Positions 36,240-49,369 of a DNA stretch of 64,000 nucleotides are shown here, in pieces (the first letter of the stretch is position 1; each line of letters begins with the position of its first letter). The notes under the pieces are model-generated. The model made no database searches. It saw nothing but the letters and a program-made list of their open reading frames with translations, and had not been told where the DNA came from. This DNA is from Phallusia mammillata. Taxonomy: Eukaryota. The translations under genes and the position numbers were made by a program. The stretch is from contig OZ281496.1 of the NCBI GenBank assembly GCA_965637545.1, positions 9,796,001-9,860,000 on the forward strand. Direction: 5' to 3'.

Positions 36240-37745
36240 TACTTTTGATGCAATTCCAACTTAGCTCGTGAAAACAGTTTAATTACATCTCAGTTCGTTC
36301 GTGTTTTAGAGCTTATTAGGTATATTTAGAGCGACCTGCTTCAATCGCGTTAATTGTTGTGTCCTTGAAAATAAGTATGACGTTAGTTCTGTTTTGCTGT
36401 TTTGTTTTGCTTTTTCTGACCAAACACAAACTTGCGAACTGTCTCTGACTACAATTCCAAATTGACTAGTAAAAATCTTATTTTTTCTCAGTTCATTACT
36501 GATTTTTAGGCAATGAGGTATACTCAGTACGAACTACCTCTGTCGTGTTAAGGGTCATGCCCGCGAAAATAAGTATGATGTTCGCTAGTCTATTCGGTTT
36601 TGCTAACCTAAACAATCTGAAAGTTAGCAAGCTGTATTTAACTACAATTCCAAGTTGGCTCGTTGAATTTTATCTCAGTTCCTTCGTCTTTTGGAGCCAA
36701 TTAAGTATGCTGACAGCGGCGTCCTTCTATCGCGTTAACAGTCAGGCCTGCAAAAATAAATATTATCTTATTTCTAAAACTTTGCAAGCTTTTTGCGACT
36801 GCAATTTCACGTTGGTTTGTAAAAACCGTTTAGTTTCATCTCAGTTCGTTCGTGTCTTAAAACAAATAAGATTATCTGAAATCGACCTGCTTTTGTATAG
36901 CGTTAACGGTCAAGTCCACTAAAATAGTATGATTTGTGCTTTTCATTTCTATTTTGAAAACCTGTTGACACAGAAACTTTACGAGCTGTATGTGACTGTA
37001 TTTCAAGTAGGCTCGTGAAGACCTTTTAATTTAATCTTAATTCGCTCGTGTTATAGAGCCAATAAGGTACGGTAACAGCAATGTGCTTCTATCGCGTCAA
37101 CGGTCGTGCCCACAAAAATAAGTACAATGTTTGCTCGACCCTTGTGGCAGCAACTCCATGTTGGCTTTAATGGTCGTGTCCACGAAAATAAGTTTGCTGC
37201 TCGTTGTCATTTCGGATTCGTCATCGCTAACTGTTTCTTGTTACAATTCTAAGCTGGTTTAATTTTTATTTCAAAACGGTTTAATTTTTATTTCGTTTGT
37301 TCGTTATCGGAGCTAATAAGGTATAATGAAATGCCTATTTGCGTGTCAACGCTTGTGTCCACTAAAATAAGTATGATGTTCAGTTTTACTAACTTGAACC
37401 AATGGGAACCCAGCAGGGAAACCCTTTACTTTTATCAAAGTTAGTTCGTGTTTTGGACTCAATAAGGTATGGTGACATCGACGTGCTTCTATCGCGTTAA
37501 CAGTCGGGTCCGTAAAAATAAGTATGATAGTCGCAAATGAAACTTTTTTAACTGTTTGTGAATGCAATTCCAAGTTGGTCATGAAAAAAGTTTAATTTTA
37601 TCTCAGTTTGCATGTGTTTAATTACCAATAAGGTGTACTGGAAGTGAAAAACTTCCATGGCGTAAAGGTAATGTCCATGAAAATACGTGTTGTGTGCGCT
37701 TGTCATTTCCGTTTCGCTAACCAGAACAAACTTAAACTTTGCAAG
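36240..37745. repeat. ~190-bp satellite, array 2 (3' of copy 2)
   Basis: Same gcaattccaagtt(g/a)gctcgtgaaaa..gtttaatttt(a)tctcagttcgttcgtgtttt motif as in 1-1850, about 8 degenerate units. Confidence 0.85.
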
Positions 37746-38285
37746 CGGGTGTTTGAAGCATGTTTAAGTGACACGACGTGAGTAATGTTTACTAAACATA
37801 GCACGTCAGGCCGATCCTAAGCACAAAGATGGCGGTCGTGTTTCACTGCGCTATGCTGCACATGTATCTTGACACTGAAAGATGCTGTGAACCCCAGTTT
37901 GATTCCATATAATGATTCGCTTGACAAATCCAACAGCCTGAACACGAAACCTGCAAACTGACAAACCTATTCACACTTTAACTCAAAAACGTATTTTCAC
38001 TTTATTAAAGGCCACGGTTCAAATAATTTATCACAGGTTCATTTTGCACAAAAATGCAAGAGAACAAAGAACAAGAAAAACGTGGAAAATCATCTTAAAA
38101 ATCGAATTAAAACATTTTCCAGGAAGTGAAACAGTAAACACATGAAGATAAATATGTACATTGCTCACAAGATATTGTCAGTTCGGTATACAAGTCCGAT
38201 TTGTCATTCCTACCACATGGTCATGTATCATTTAAAGTGGGATTTCGTCCACTACTATCACGTTCTCTCGACTGTCGGCTTCTGG

Positions 38286-41200
38286 CTATTGACATGGACG
38301 AAACTCACGCAAACGGTCCCGAATATGATCATACAGCATTTTCGGTGCGTTAGAGTAGATGAGAGGATTAAGGGAGCTGTTGATGGGAAGCAGGATTATT
38401 GCCGAAACTGCGTAGATCACTGGAGGAACAGTTGTTCCACCGAAGTTCAAGAAAGCCATAATCGAAATTGGAATCCAGCAGAAGAAATCAGTGAAGATCA
38501 GTCGTATGATTTTCTTTTGCATTTCTGTAAAATACAAAACAATTTTACTGTGTTGCTTTTATACACAAACACATCTTATTGCGTTCACCTTGGTTTTGTT
38601 TTTCCGGTATTGGGTTTCTCACCCTCTCATTCACTTTCCCGCCAATGGACGTTGACTTTTTGTAAATCCAAATGTACGTCACTGCCACAAATAAAAAAGC
38701 CAAGAAGTTGAATATGATGATACCAAGTGAATATGCCCAAGCCTTGTCTGTTGGTTTCACGTAAAGTTTGCTGATGCAAACGCTGTTGGTACTGTAGTAT
38801 CTAGGAAACATATTAAGGTATTAAAACACTCAATATTTTATAACCATTACTACTTGCAGCAACATACCCGAAATATCCTGCAATGTCAAACATTTCAGTG
38901 TAGTTATAATCTTTGAGAACATCCTCAAAATCCGTCCAGGAATAAGCATTTTCTAGTTTTGCAAGTGCAGTTTCATACTGCTGGGAATCGTTGAGAGTAA
39001 AATTGTGTTGAAAATCTACAAACTGCGCAATGAAATTCTCCATGCCTGCACAAAATAAAACATTTTCAATCGAACCAATCAATAACTATGATTTGAATAA
39101 ATGTACAAAATCTTACTTGAAAAGTCCACTGCAGCACTTTGGAAAAACGGGTTTTCCTTCATCCACGCTTTGGTTTCAAACAAATGTTGGAATTGGGATG
39201 TGAGAGGAATAAATGCCAGAGTGAATGAAATTGACCACGACAATAGAATGGCAAGGATGACAACTTTAAGCTTCGGGTCTAGAGATGCGTTGAAAGGCTA
39301 AAAAAAATGTTTATTGTTTGACAAAGCAAGGATCTGCATGTACACCACTAAAGTACTCACGTATTTTACAGCATAGAGTCGAAATGATGTCAATAGAACC
39401 ATTGTAAATACTGATGTTTCGCTGGAAAGCAAAACCAATATTCCCATTGCAGTGCAACTTCCACTTGACCTCCAAACAAGATCATTGGCGCAGTATTTTC
39501 CAGAGTAGTGAACACCAGCTGCGCCCAGCATGAACAGATAAACTCCCATGAGCAAGTCAGAAAAAGAAAGATTGAGGACAAGAAGATGGTTGGTGCGAAA
39601 TACTACTCTTTGTGATTCTGTTGTCATCAAAGTTTTTGCTTCCGTAACCATGACGACCTGTGATATAATTGCAAATTTAAACGTAATACTTCTTGTGTTA
39701 TTATTATTTTTCATTCAATGGGGTATAAGTAGAACAAGTCTAAACATACCAAATTTCCATAAATTGCAAGAAAGCCCATGATCCACACAACAGCTCGTAA
39801 CAGTGGATTAGCGATCAGCTCGTAACGCGAGGAGAAAATGTTCTCATCTGTTCTAGTCGACTTTGATGGACATTCGTCGCTCCAGTCAGAACAATCTCCA
39901 AATCCATTGAATTTCTGTTGGTTTGCAACATTTTTTAAGTTTGAAACTCGTATGACCCAGTAGTCATTAAATGTAGTAATACTTTTTCCTTTTTGACAAA
40001 AAGTGGCTGTTTGCTTTCGCAATAGAACCTTCCGTCATTCGTACAGTTTTTTTCGTCACTTCCATCATCGCAGTTTATAGTGAAATCACAAACCTCTGCG
40101 TTGCTAATGGAAACCTGAAAAAAAAAATTATGTTGCAACAAAAATCATAACCTTGTAAAACAGCATACCCTAGCTCCATTTAACGCTGAGCAATAGAATC
40201 TGTCCTGCTTTGTACAATTTCTGGGTTGTTCGTCACTCTTGTCTTTGCAGTGGACAAAACCGTCGCAAACTTTTGAAAGATAATTTTTTGGAATATCGGA
40301 TACAGTTTCGTCACTTCCATCTTGACAGTGGATGACGCCATCGCAAACTTGAGCTTGAAGGATGTGAAAAAGTCCATTAGGTGTTGGGCAATACTTAAAA
40401 CCTTTGCAAAGACGGGGATCCTCATCGTGATTGAAGTCTCGACCACCGTAGTTAACACCAGATGAACAATCTCTTTTCCCGTCGCACAACAGTTCGGTGT
40501 TTGGATACCATCCCTTCCGATCAAAACATGCAAAACAATTTGGTCAATGAAATCAGCACAGACTTGTTTTCTTACTTATGTTGTGACAAACAAGCTTGTA
40601 CAAACAGTGACTATGAGTTTTACTATGATTTGACGCGAACAATGGAAGCATAAAAGATATATTTATTATAAAATGTCGGTTCTTCATCGAGAGGAGTACG
40701 TAGTTAAAATGCGGTAAATTCGTTAAAACAAAACACGAATGAGTATTAAAAATTATAACAACAAAGGTAAAGTTACTACAGCCATGTGGCCTAGTGTGAT
40801 GTCGTGGTCGAATTAAGTTGGGGAAGACACCCAGTTGTCGGCACACCCGTTTCAATAAAATGAAAAAAGCTCGGCTCGACTTTATTATGAAACTAAAACT
40901 TCATCAAAAGCAACGAAACGAAAAATTAAAACTTTTAAAACTCAGTCTAATAAGTAAACAAAATGTTTAATAAAGTTGTAGCAATTTAAGTGTGAGATTT
41001 AAAACCCTAGTCACCAGTGTAAAATCTAGATTGCTTGTTTAAATATTTGGTACGAAATCAGTGCGTATTAGTAATTTTTAAACCATGAACAACATTTTTT
41101 GAGATTAATCTTTATCAGATTGGGACAAATTAATCAATTTTACATTTGCAAATTTTCTACCAGCATCGTAAATTTTATTATCTTGTAGCAATGTCAACAT

Positions 41201-44200
41201 TTGTTTGTGGCGAGATTGAAACTCTGAAGCATCAACCGTGACAGTTATGTATTGTTTAGTGCGATTATTTACATTGCGTGGCGAGTACCAACTAAATTGT
41301 CCCACTCATTATGTTTGTCTGTCGCAATAAAGCAGATAGATTTGAATCCACGGCCCAGAATAAGTTTAAAAACGAAAACAATACTTTTTCTTCGGTCGTT
41401 AACTATTTTGTTTATGTTACTGTTTTTTTCGTTTTTCATTGCTAAATATCCAATACCAGGATTATGTCTACAAAAAAGGGAGAAAACTGTTTAGACCACT
41501 TTATTTCGTTTTATAACATCCACGCATGCTTCTACATAACCACTGATTCTACTACATAACCACTGATTCATCATGTACTGCATTCAAGTGGATAGATTAG
41601 CATCTACAATCAGAGCATAAAACAATGTAACACAACTTATATACATACGGTTCCAAAACAAGTCCATCTGCCTTTAAGAATGGTGTCGGTTGTTGTTGAG
41701 TTTGAGCAATCGGCCTCCACACTCTCATTACCACTAAACATATTCACATTATTTACCAAAACAATCTACTTTGTTCACGTATTAAACAAAGGTATTCAAA
41801 GAAAGTTCATGATTTGCGACTTAAAAAAACTGTGTTCACACGTACATTGACAACTTTCCACAATTCTTCACTTGGGTCGTTTCACAAAGACACTCATCAC
41901 TCTTATCAGGACAATCAATGACGTCATCACACACACTTGACCTTGAAATTATCATGTGGTCGTTTATGCACTGGAAGCACAAACTGTGATTAAAGGTGAC
42001 AGACGGGAAACCGCGAATATCTCTGCAAAAGAAAGGAAACAGTTAAAAATCCTGTTTGAATCACTTGGTTTTGCTATTATTTAAAGATACCTGGAATCTT
42101 CATTTAGTTTCTCATCAACCGATGTAAAGCAGAAATCAGCTGAATCGTCGCAATCCTGGATTGTATCAAACAACAACTGCTGAGGTAACGTACACGTTTT
42201 GCCGTTTCGGACACACTTGAAGCCGTGTCCGTTTGCTCGGTGCAGCGAAGGGCAGTTGTTACATGGATCGCCATCACACACAGTCGAACGCTTCCAACAA
42301 ATTGAATTCGGACATGGGAAGAGGGAGGGACATATGCCGTCACAAAGAGTTTTATTCCGACATGGAATGTCACCCTTGCAGTATTCTAGTCTTCGTAGTG
42401 CGCACACTTTACTCACACTGTTAAGCGTGTTGTCGCAGCTGTAAATATTAAATATTATGAATTTGATGTGACAAATGTCCAATTATTGAATATGATTACT
42501 AACAAAATCCTTAACATTAATAAAAAATATTTTTTAACATTGAATACAAATATAATCCTTTTTATTCACTTCAAACATAACTATTGTGCAGGACTGGTGT
42601 TCAAGGAATCAAAGAGGCTTTTTAGAGTAGTGGTTTGAAACATATGATGTGAAGATAATGAACAGATTGGGTTATAATTAACACACGAAGTTTAGTTTTC
42701 TAATATCATTCAAAACTGTCCTTGTTGGTATACTTTCCATGTTATCGACTCACTTGTAAATTGTATTGAGCAAAAACTCAAAATTTGAAGACAATCAATA
42801 GATTTCAAAATGATTGACATTATAAATATGAAACAAAACTTTTGTTGTTTCGTCACTTAAATTTTTTTAATGCAAAACAAAAAAATGTAATGTATACCTG
42901 ATGTAGGTTGATGTTAAGTTTTCAGGGTAGGTGGAAAATTTGACTTCTTTCTCATCACTTCCGTCATGGCAGTCCTGATTTCCATTACAAAAACCCCAGG
43001 AACTTAAAGTTTGTTGACCATCTTCGCATTTGAACCCTGTAACAAACGCAAACATGATCATGAATTGTTGACGTTGTATTACAAACTACCATCACAGTGA
43101 CAACCAGTTTTCTTATTTTTTGTAAAAAGATAAAAGAAATGTGCAAATGTTGTTAGTAAGTAAGCATTTGATTGACTAGTTTAAAATTCTATGTAAACTG
43201 GTAAAAATGTTTTCATATAAAATGTCAGCACGTTGCGAAGAAACAGCTATGTTGTTGTAAAGTAAATAAATCGAGTGCGTGACAAGACGTCATACCACAC
43301 GAGAGCAGATAGTTTGCTTAACACTATAGGTGGCACAAAGAGCACTTGAGTCTATTTAATAATATATTTCTGTTAAAATACTGAAGGTTAGGTCTATTTG
43401 GTTTAAGATAGGGTTTTGTTTCAAACAATTGTAAGAACTTGTAAAAAACAATTGAATTTTTTTATCTTAAAACCTACTAAATTAGTTTCTAACACTAAAC
43501 CTGTTTTTTTCTTTTTTCTGAATGGTCTCGCGCGCCTGACCCACATACAGTCATAAAAAACCTTGATCGGGATTCGTCCCCGGGAGCGTCCTGATTTTTA
43601 CAGAAACCAGAAACCTGTTTTTTTTTTCACGGGGTTCAAACCCAGGACACTCCCGGGGACGAATCCCGATGAAGGTTTTTTATGAATGTAGATGTGGCAG
43701 GCGCGCTAGACCATTCGGTCAATTTGACATCTGTTTTTATACTTCAGCTCTTTGCACTACCTATCGGTATTAGGCAAATTTTCGACTGACGTGAATTCTG
43801 GTGGCAAAGGTGTTTGGCCGACTGCGGTAACTGTATAAACAACACTTATATAGGATATAGCATCTATATAGCATAAAGAATACAATAACATAATATTTTC
43901 CATGGTGTTATAAAAAACATTATCACCATAATTACTTAGTATATGCACATTGATCCATACACAAGTCAATTTTTAAAATACGGATTTTGAGAGACTTGCA
44001 AATGGCTGGACACTAAGGGCAAACAAAGCAATTAAACACACGTGGCCAAAGAAAACGATACGATACGTTTTGTTTTACTTTATCATTTTGAAAAATTGAT
44101 TAAACTGATCAATTAAAAGTTATTGTCCAAAATATGTTGATTTTATGCAAACTTACTCTGAGAGTATGTAGGTGGTGCAAAAAACAATATGAAGATTGCA

Positions 44201-44214
44201 ACAACAAACATCAT
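38286..44214 (-). CDS. LDLa-repeat GPCR, copy 2; 13 coding exons, ~851 aa, C-terminally shortened
   Basis: Exons: 44214-44157, 43036-42898, 42438-42091, 42022-41846, 41733-41649, 40513-40169, 40114-39983, 39914-39750, 39657-39361, 39297-39117, 39045-38868, 38800-38589, 38524-38286. Total 2556 nt = 852 codons. Most exon lengths are identical to copy 1. A TAG at 38286-38288 precedes the ancestral TAA at 38232-38234. Confidence 0.83.
43520..43716. mobile_element. Foldback MITE with ~70-bp terminal inverted repeats in intron 1 of copy 2
   Basis: gaatggtctcgcgcgcctg..atcgggattcgtcccgggag pairs with ctcccggggacgaatcccgat..caggcgcgctagaccattc. It is absent from the paralogous intron of copy 1 (~13880). 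A possible ctgttttt duplication lies at 43501 and 43731. Confidence 0.8.
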
Positions 44215-46874
44215 GAAGAGATTTCTAAACAAATAAACAAACATTAGCCCACGTTGTGAACAATGTATCTGTTCACTAGTCACTTATATCACAGATTTAC
44301 AGGAATAACATGACTACATCATGCTGTCATCATGTTCAATAAGTCACTCACCTTCCTGTTGGCAGTGCTGTTATTCTTGTTGATGTTTCAGTTACAAATC
44401 ACCACACAATGTTTCCTAAACTGCTCAAAATAACAGATTATTAATTAATTAATTTAAACACAGTTTGTTGAAAATAGTTAAATTGTCAATTTATGTCGAG
44501 TTACGGATATTTTTAGTGTACTATTTGTCATTTCTAATCAGTTCGTTAGTGCTATAAACAAATCAGTTCGTTAGTGGGCTTTTCCAACTTTGTGGATTGA
44601 CTTATATTAGTTTAATTGTTTCGAAAACCGTTTACATTCCTAAGATTATTTTTGCGACTGCTTTTGCAGAATGTGTGTGACACTGTGGTTGTTGCAGCGG
44701 AGAGATCATTGCAACAAGTTTGGGTGGTTCGGTTGTTTAGGAATAACCAAGACATTTTTCAATGTGACAAAGCCATATGCGAGGCTTAGGTTCGTAGGTC
44801 AGTTTTTTGGAATCTTCACAAGATGCCAATACGCAGTGGATAATTTGTTTTGAAGTTGGCATAAATTGCTAGTTGAGTTAACGGGAAACAAACCAGAAAA
44901 TTGAATCTGTAAAAGCAATATTACTACAGCAACAGAACGACATACACCTGAGTTTTTTTTAAAACTGGGTTAAAGTTTAGGATCAGATAGTAGCAAAGAG
45001 CAGTGCCGGATTGAAGGTCTGCTGGCCTGTAGGCACATTTTATAAGTGGCCCGAAAATCATGGTTGCCAACAAAACAATTAGAATTATCAGTGTTGCCAA
45101 ACCATTTTTTTCCTCACACAAGTATTATACAAGAAGACCTCGGCGATGATATTACATCAAGGTCTTTTCAAATTCTTAAATATTCCCTATGATTGGAGCA
45201 AAATGATTTTTTTAATAACAAAAAGTGGGTTAGCTCACATGAAAATGTTATATACATACTACACATTATTGAGGACAGTAAGTCATATAACCTTGGCAAA
45301 CTCTCCATCAACACTCGTCAATTGCAGACAATGTCTTTAAGTTTACAGTAACGCAAATATTTACTACACGTTATTATTGAACATTTAATATGAAACTTTT
45401 GTGTGCAATCAACATCCCTCAAAATTACTATTAAAATACCAAGCGTTAATTGGATGACTCGGGTAATTGCAAAGCAGTTATCAACCGTGAATCGTCAAAA
45501 ATCGCAGGGAGGAAAATCACTTAGATACTTAACTACACTAGGTTCGTGAACGCGTAGTCTATAACTTGTTGGGAAAGTCGTCAGATTATTTGCAAAATCG
45601 AGTTAATCGCATAGTTATGTTTAAATATGGGTTGTGCGATAAACTGGATTCGTCTGTGTTTTTGTACTGTCAGCTTTTTATTTTCGATTGCGCCGTGACA
45701 TGTTTACTGATAACCAATTGTAAACTGCAAGCCCTGTGGACGTCGTCATAGCCTTATTTTCGCCTTTTCTGCTTGTTCTAATTACTTTCCATAAACCTAA
45801 TGTCATTTACTATGAATAGATTTGATTTTTACATTTCGACAAGACAACACAAAAATACAGCTAGTCTTAAGGGCGTTTAAAAAAATTCTTACAGACATTT
45901 TTGAAACAAACAAACACATAAATATCGACATTTGTAATCAGTTTAAATAAGATTTTTAAATAGCTGACAAATCGTCGAAAAACTGCACTTTCATATTTCA
46001 CTACGCTATCGATCCTAATTCTTTCATCAAAAACGAACAATGATTGACGTCAAATGACTCATATAGCCAGGATGCAAATCCTAAAAGCCAATCGAAGTTA
46101 GCTATAGGACAGCATGTGATACTGCAGCCCAAAAACGGCAGTGAAAAGCAGAACAAACTTTTTTATATTGCAGCAAACGGCTACTCAATTTATCGAATAA
46201 TCTGTGTGGCTTATTACCATATTTTGAGTTCCTATGAACTAGTTTTAATTTATGTGCTACATAAAATACATAAAACATATGTATAAAAAAAAAATATAAG
46301 TTATCTATGTCGCCGAAATTGTTTGTTGTCCTTAAAAATATTTAACTTAAAGTGTCTAGAGAGAGAAAACATACTAATACAAAAATCAAAACATCACGTT
46401 CATTAGGTATAGTTTAGCTTTGAAATAAGTTTAAAAACGTACGTTTTTAATAATAGCGACTTCGCCACTAATGCAACATCTGTGGTCAAGTTGCTTCTCT
46501 TCAAAATACGTTCGTATGCACGAAAATTTTGGTTGAGGCGATCCGTAAGCAGTTGGGCAAAAATCGTTTTCAAGTTAGCTTAATTCGACTGTTAGTTTTT
46601 AGATTTTATAGAGTAATGAATTTGTGTTCGTCTCATAATGGAGATTTTGATGTATTGTTTGCAGCTGAAAGGGCTCCTGGCGCACTAGACACAGTAGAAT
46701 GAAAACCTAATTTATGCAAGTAGCAGCGGTTCAAATACTTTCTGTTTCTACTCCAAATCTTCATTATATATGACATTACCTCGTCATGTTTACGCTAGAG
46801 GCTTTTACAGTATAATGTTTTGAGCAATTTACCGAAGTTAGTCAATTGAAAACAAAAATCACGGTTGTATAAAA

Positions 46875-47027
46875 CAGGGGTCGGCATCCTGTTTTGCACC
46901 GCGGACCGTTTTTGAAACTGGAATTTTATCGCGGACCGGCCTTTGAAAAAATACAAATATTCTGCAATAAAAACGACTAAATTAGTTTATCATTCCGGGA
47001 TACATGGGCCGCGGTTGCCCACCACTG
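46875..47027. mobile_element. hAT MITE (153 bp)
   Basis: Ends caggggtcggca / ttgcccaccactg, with an imperfect TSD gtataaaa / gtccaaaa. Confidence 0.6.
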
Positions 47028-47132
47028 GTCCAAAAGACATCCGCTATTTCGTACAACAAAACTGTTTCGCGGGCCATCCGTTCTATCACGCTGAGTTAAC
47101 AGAATTTACATTTGAACTCGTATCCCCTATGA

Positions 47133-47410
47133 CAGGTGCCACCAAACTATGGCCCGCGACCACATTTTTTGGTTTGCCGAAACGTATTGATAACCTTGTA
47201 ACATTCAAAACTTAATCTACTCCTTGCGAAAGTGCTATGTAGAATTGATATTACGTAGTTTCATAGGATTACAACGATCCAAAGCCAGCTTGTTGCGTCA
47301 CAAACAAGACTACAAGTGTTAACAATTGCCTTCTTTGATTGCTTGTGACATAATATACAAGTATTGTTGGTAAGATTAGCCTAACTATGCAGTTTAACAG
47401 TCGCATCACC
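47133..47410. mobile_element. hAT (Charlie-like) element remnant
   Basis: The left end caggtgccaccaaactatggcccgcg is Charlie-like. The body is homologous to 32370-32640 and 55178-55400. Confidence 0.55.
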
Positions 47411-49369
47411 AGATCAAAATGCTGACAAATCGTCGACCAACTGCAGTTTTATATTGCCCTATGCTTTTGATCCTAACTCTTTCATGAACAACGAATAATG
47501 ATTAACGTCAAATGACTCAACAAATCCAGGAAGCAACCCCTGAAAGACAATCGAAGTTAACTATAGGATGCTATGTGTCATATCAGCCATAAATGGGCTT
47601 ATTGGATAGCAGGACAGAATATTTTAATATTGCAGCGAATCGCAACTCCATTATATGAAAAGTCTCACAATTTGTGTTACCATAAGCAATTAATATGCTA
47701 CATAAAGTAATAAGTTATACCTGTTCGGCGAAATTTTTGTTGCGGGTGCCAAAAAGGTTTAACCTATTTCGCGGCCGTTGTCTAATGAATACTGATTCTA
47801 GGCAGTAGAGAAAAAAAACGGACTAATACAAAATTCATTATTAGGTATTGTTTAGCTTGGAACATAGGCTTAGAAAAGTTTTTTTTTTGATAATAAGGAC
47901 TTCGCCAATAAAGCAACATTTATGGCCAAGGTGCTTCTTTTCTTAATGAGTTCGTATAACCGTAAATGTTGGTTGTTGTGTAAGCATTGTTTTCAAGTTG
48001 GCTTTGACTTTTAGTTTTTAGATCAATCATAGGAAATAATTAAATTCACGATGCGTCTCATAATGGCGATTTTGTTGTATTCTTTTGTAGCTGGAACGGA
48101 TTCTGGCCCACTAGACACAGTAGCTTGAACAACAAATAGATGCAAGTAGCAGCCGTTCCCGATCATTCTGTTTCTACGCCATTGCGCAAAAATGACCGAC
48201 TTGTTTGTTGGCGCAAAAACACACTAGATAAATCAAATAAACTCACCCACTAAACTTTACAGTATTTTGTGTTGTCTGACTTTCCTATTTGTATTAATTG
48301 AAAAAGTAATTCCGGTTGTCTACAAAACGTCCGTTTTTCGCTGTGAAAAAAGCTGTTTCGCGGGCCATCTGTTGGACCACGTTAAGTATGTGACATATTT
48401 TTGTCTACATGTGAATTCGTATAACCTATACGCTCTAAAAAATCTAAATCGACATAGACAAAAGTTCTGTTAAGGAACAACAAATCAAAAAAATTTAACC
48501 GATTCCCTGATACTTTGAGCTCATAAAGATACAGGAATATGGAAGAAAGATGGATGATGCATGGCTCTAAAAGAGGAAGTGACATCCATAAAGCCAATAT
48601 GGAACCTTATTAATTACCGAAACTACTAGAATGGACGCATACAAAACGGTGAAAAAATTGCTTTAATTATCAAAAAAACGTACAACAATAATGTGTGGTA
48701 GAAAATTGCGCTCCACTTTGAATAAAGAAACAAACGTGATGTTCAAACTCAACTGTATTTTGTAATAGCAGTTTGTTTGCACCTATACATTACTTTTGAA
48801 TGTAACCGAGCAAATCTGTGCTGTCATTTGCAATTAAAAGACAATATAATGGCGCTGCAATTATAAAAAATACATCGTACTTCAGTTAATGAAAACATAA
48901 AACCGAAAAATATCATTTGTTTTATTCAAAACTAAAATAAAACTTCGGTTAAAATACGATATTTTTTGAGACACACAGTGAATGCAAGACCTTAATTTTC
49001 GAATATGGCAATTCAATTACAATTATACTCACTTCTGTTCTATAAATTTCTCAGTCAACATGCTGTAACTGGATTTTACGTCAGTTTCTGCTTGAATATA
49101 CGCAGCAATATTTAACAATTGTATAAGACTAATGAACTTTTGAACACAGGAAATTGCTCAAGAAGGCATGCGAAGGCGAGTATGGAACCTAATTGTTCAC
49201 TATTGCCTCAAGCCAATATAGAACTTTAGTCATTACCGATAGTACTACAATAAACGTTAGTATCAAGTGAAAAACAATTTTAATGTCAGTGAATCGTAAA
49301 AATAATATACGGTTAATTGCGCTCATTTTGATTTTCTCAATCTTTCATTTTCTTAAACTTTTCATTTTC

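Noticed and set aside
43560-43670. tRNA-like GGGATTCG / GGTTCAAA boxes
   Set aside because: They are part of the foldback MITE arms, and no cloverleaf can be drawn.
44924-45121. Hydrophobic ORF (LATLIILIVLLATMIFGPLI) as an extra N-terminal TM exon of copy 2
   Set aside because: There is no in-frame ATG or good acceptor upstream, no counterpart was seen in copy 1, and the next putative exon has an in-frame TGA and a frameshift. A relic cannot be excluded.
46625-46770. C-type lectin assignment for the W..N.CYL..T.S.A modules
   Set aside because: The W..CY spacing fits, but the conserved Trp and Cys of the TW.EA...C segment are absent. This is too weak to call without an HMM.
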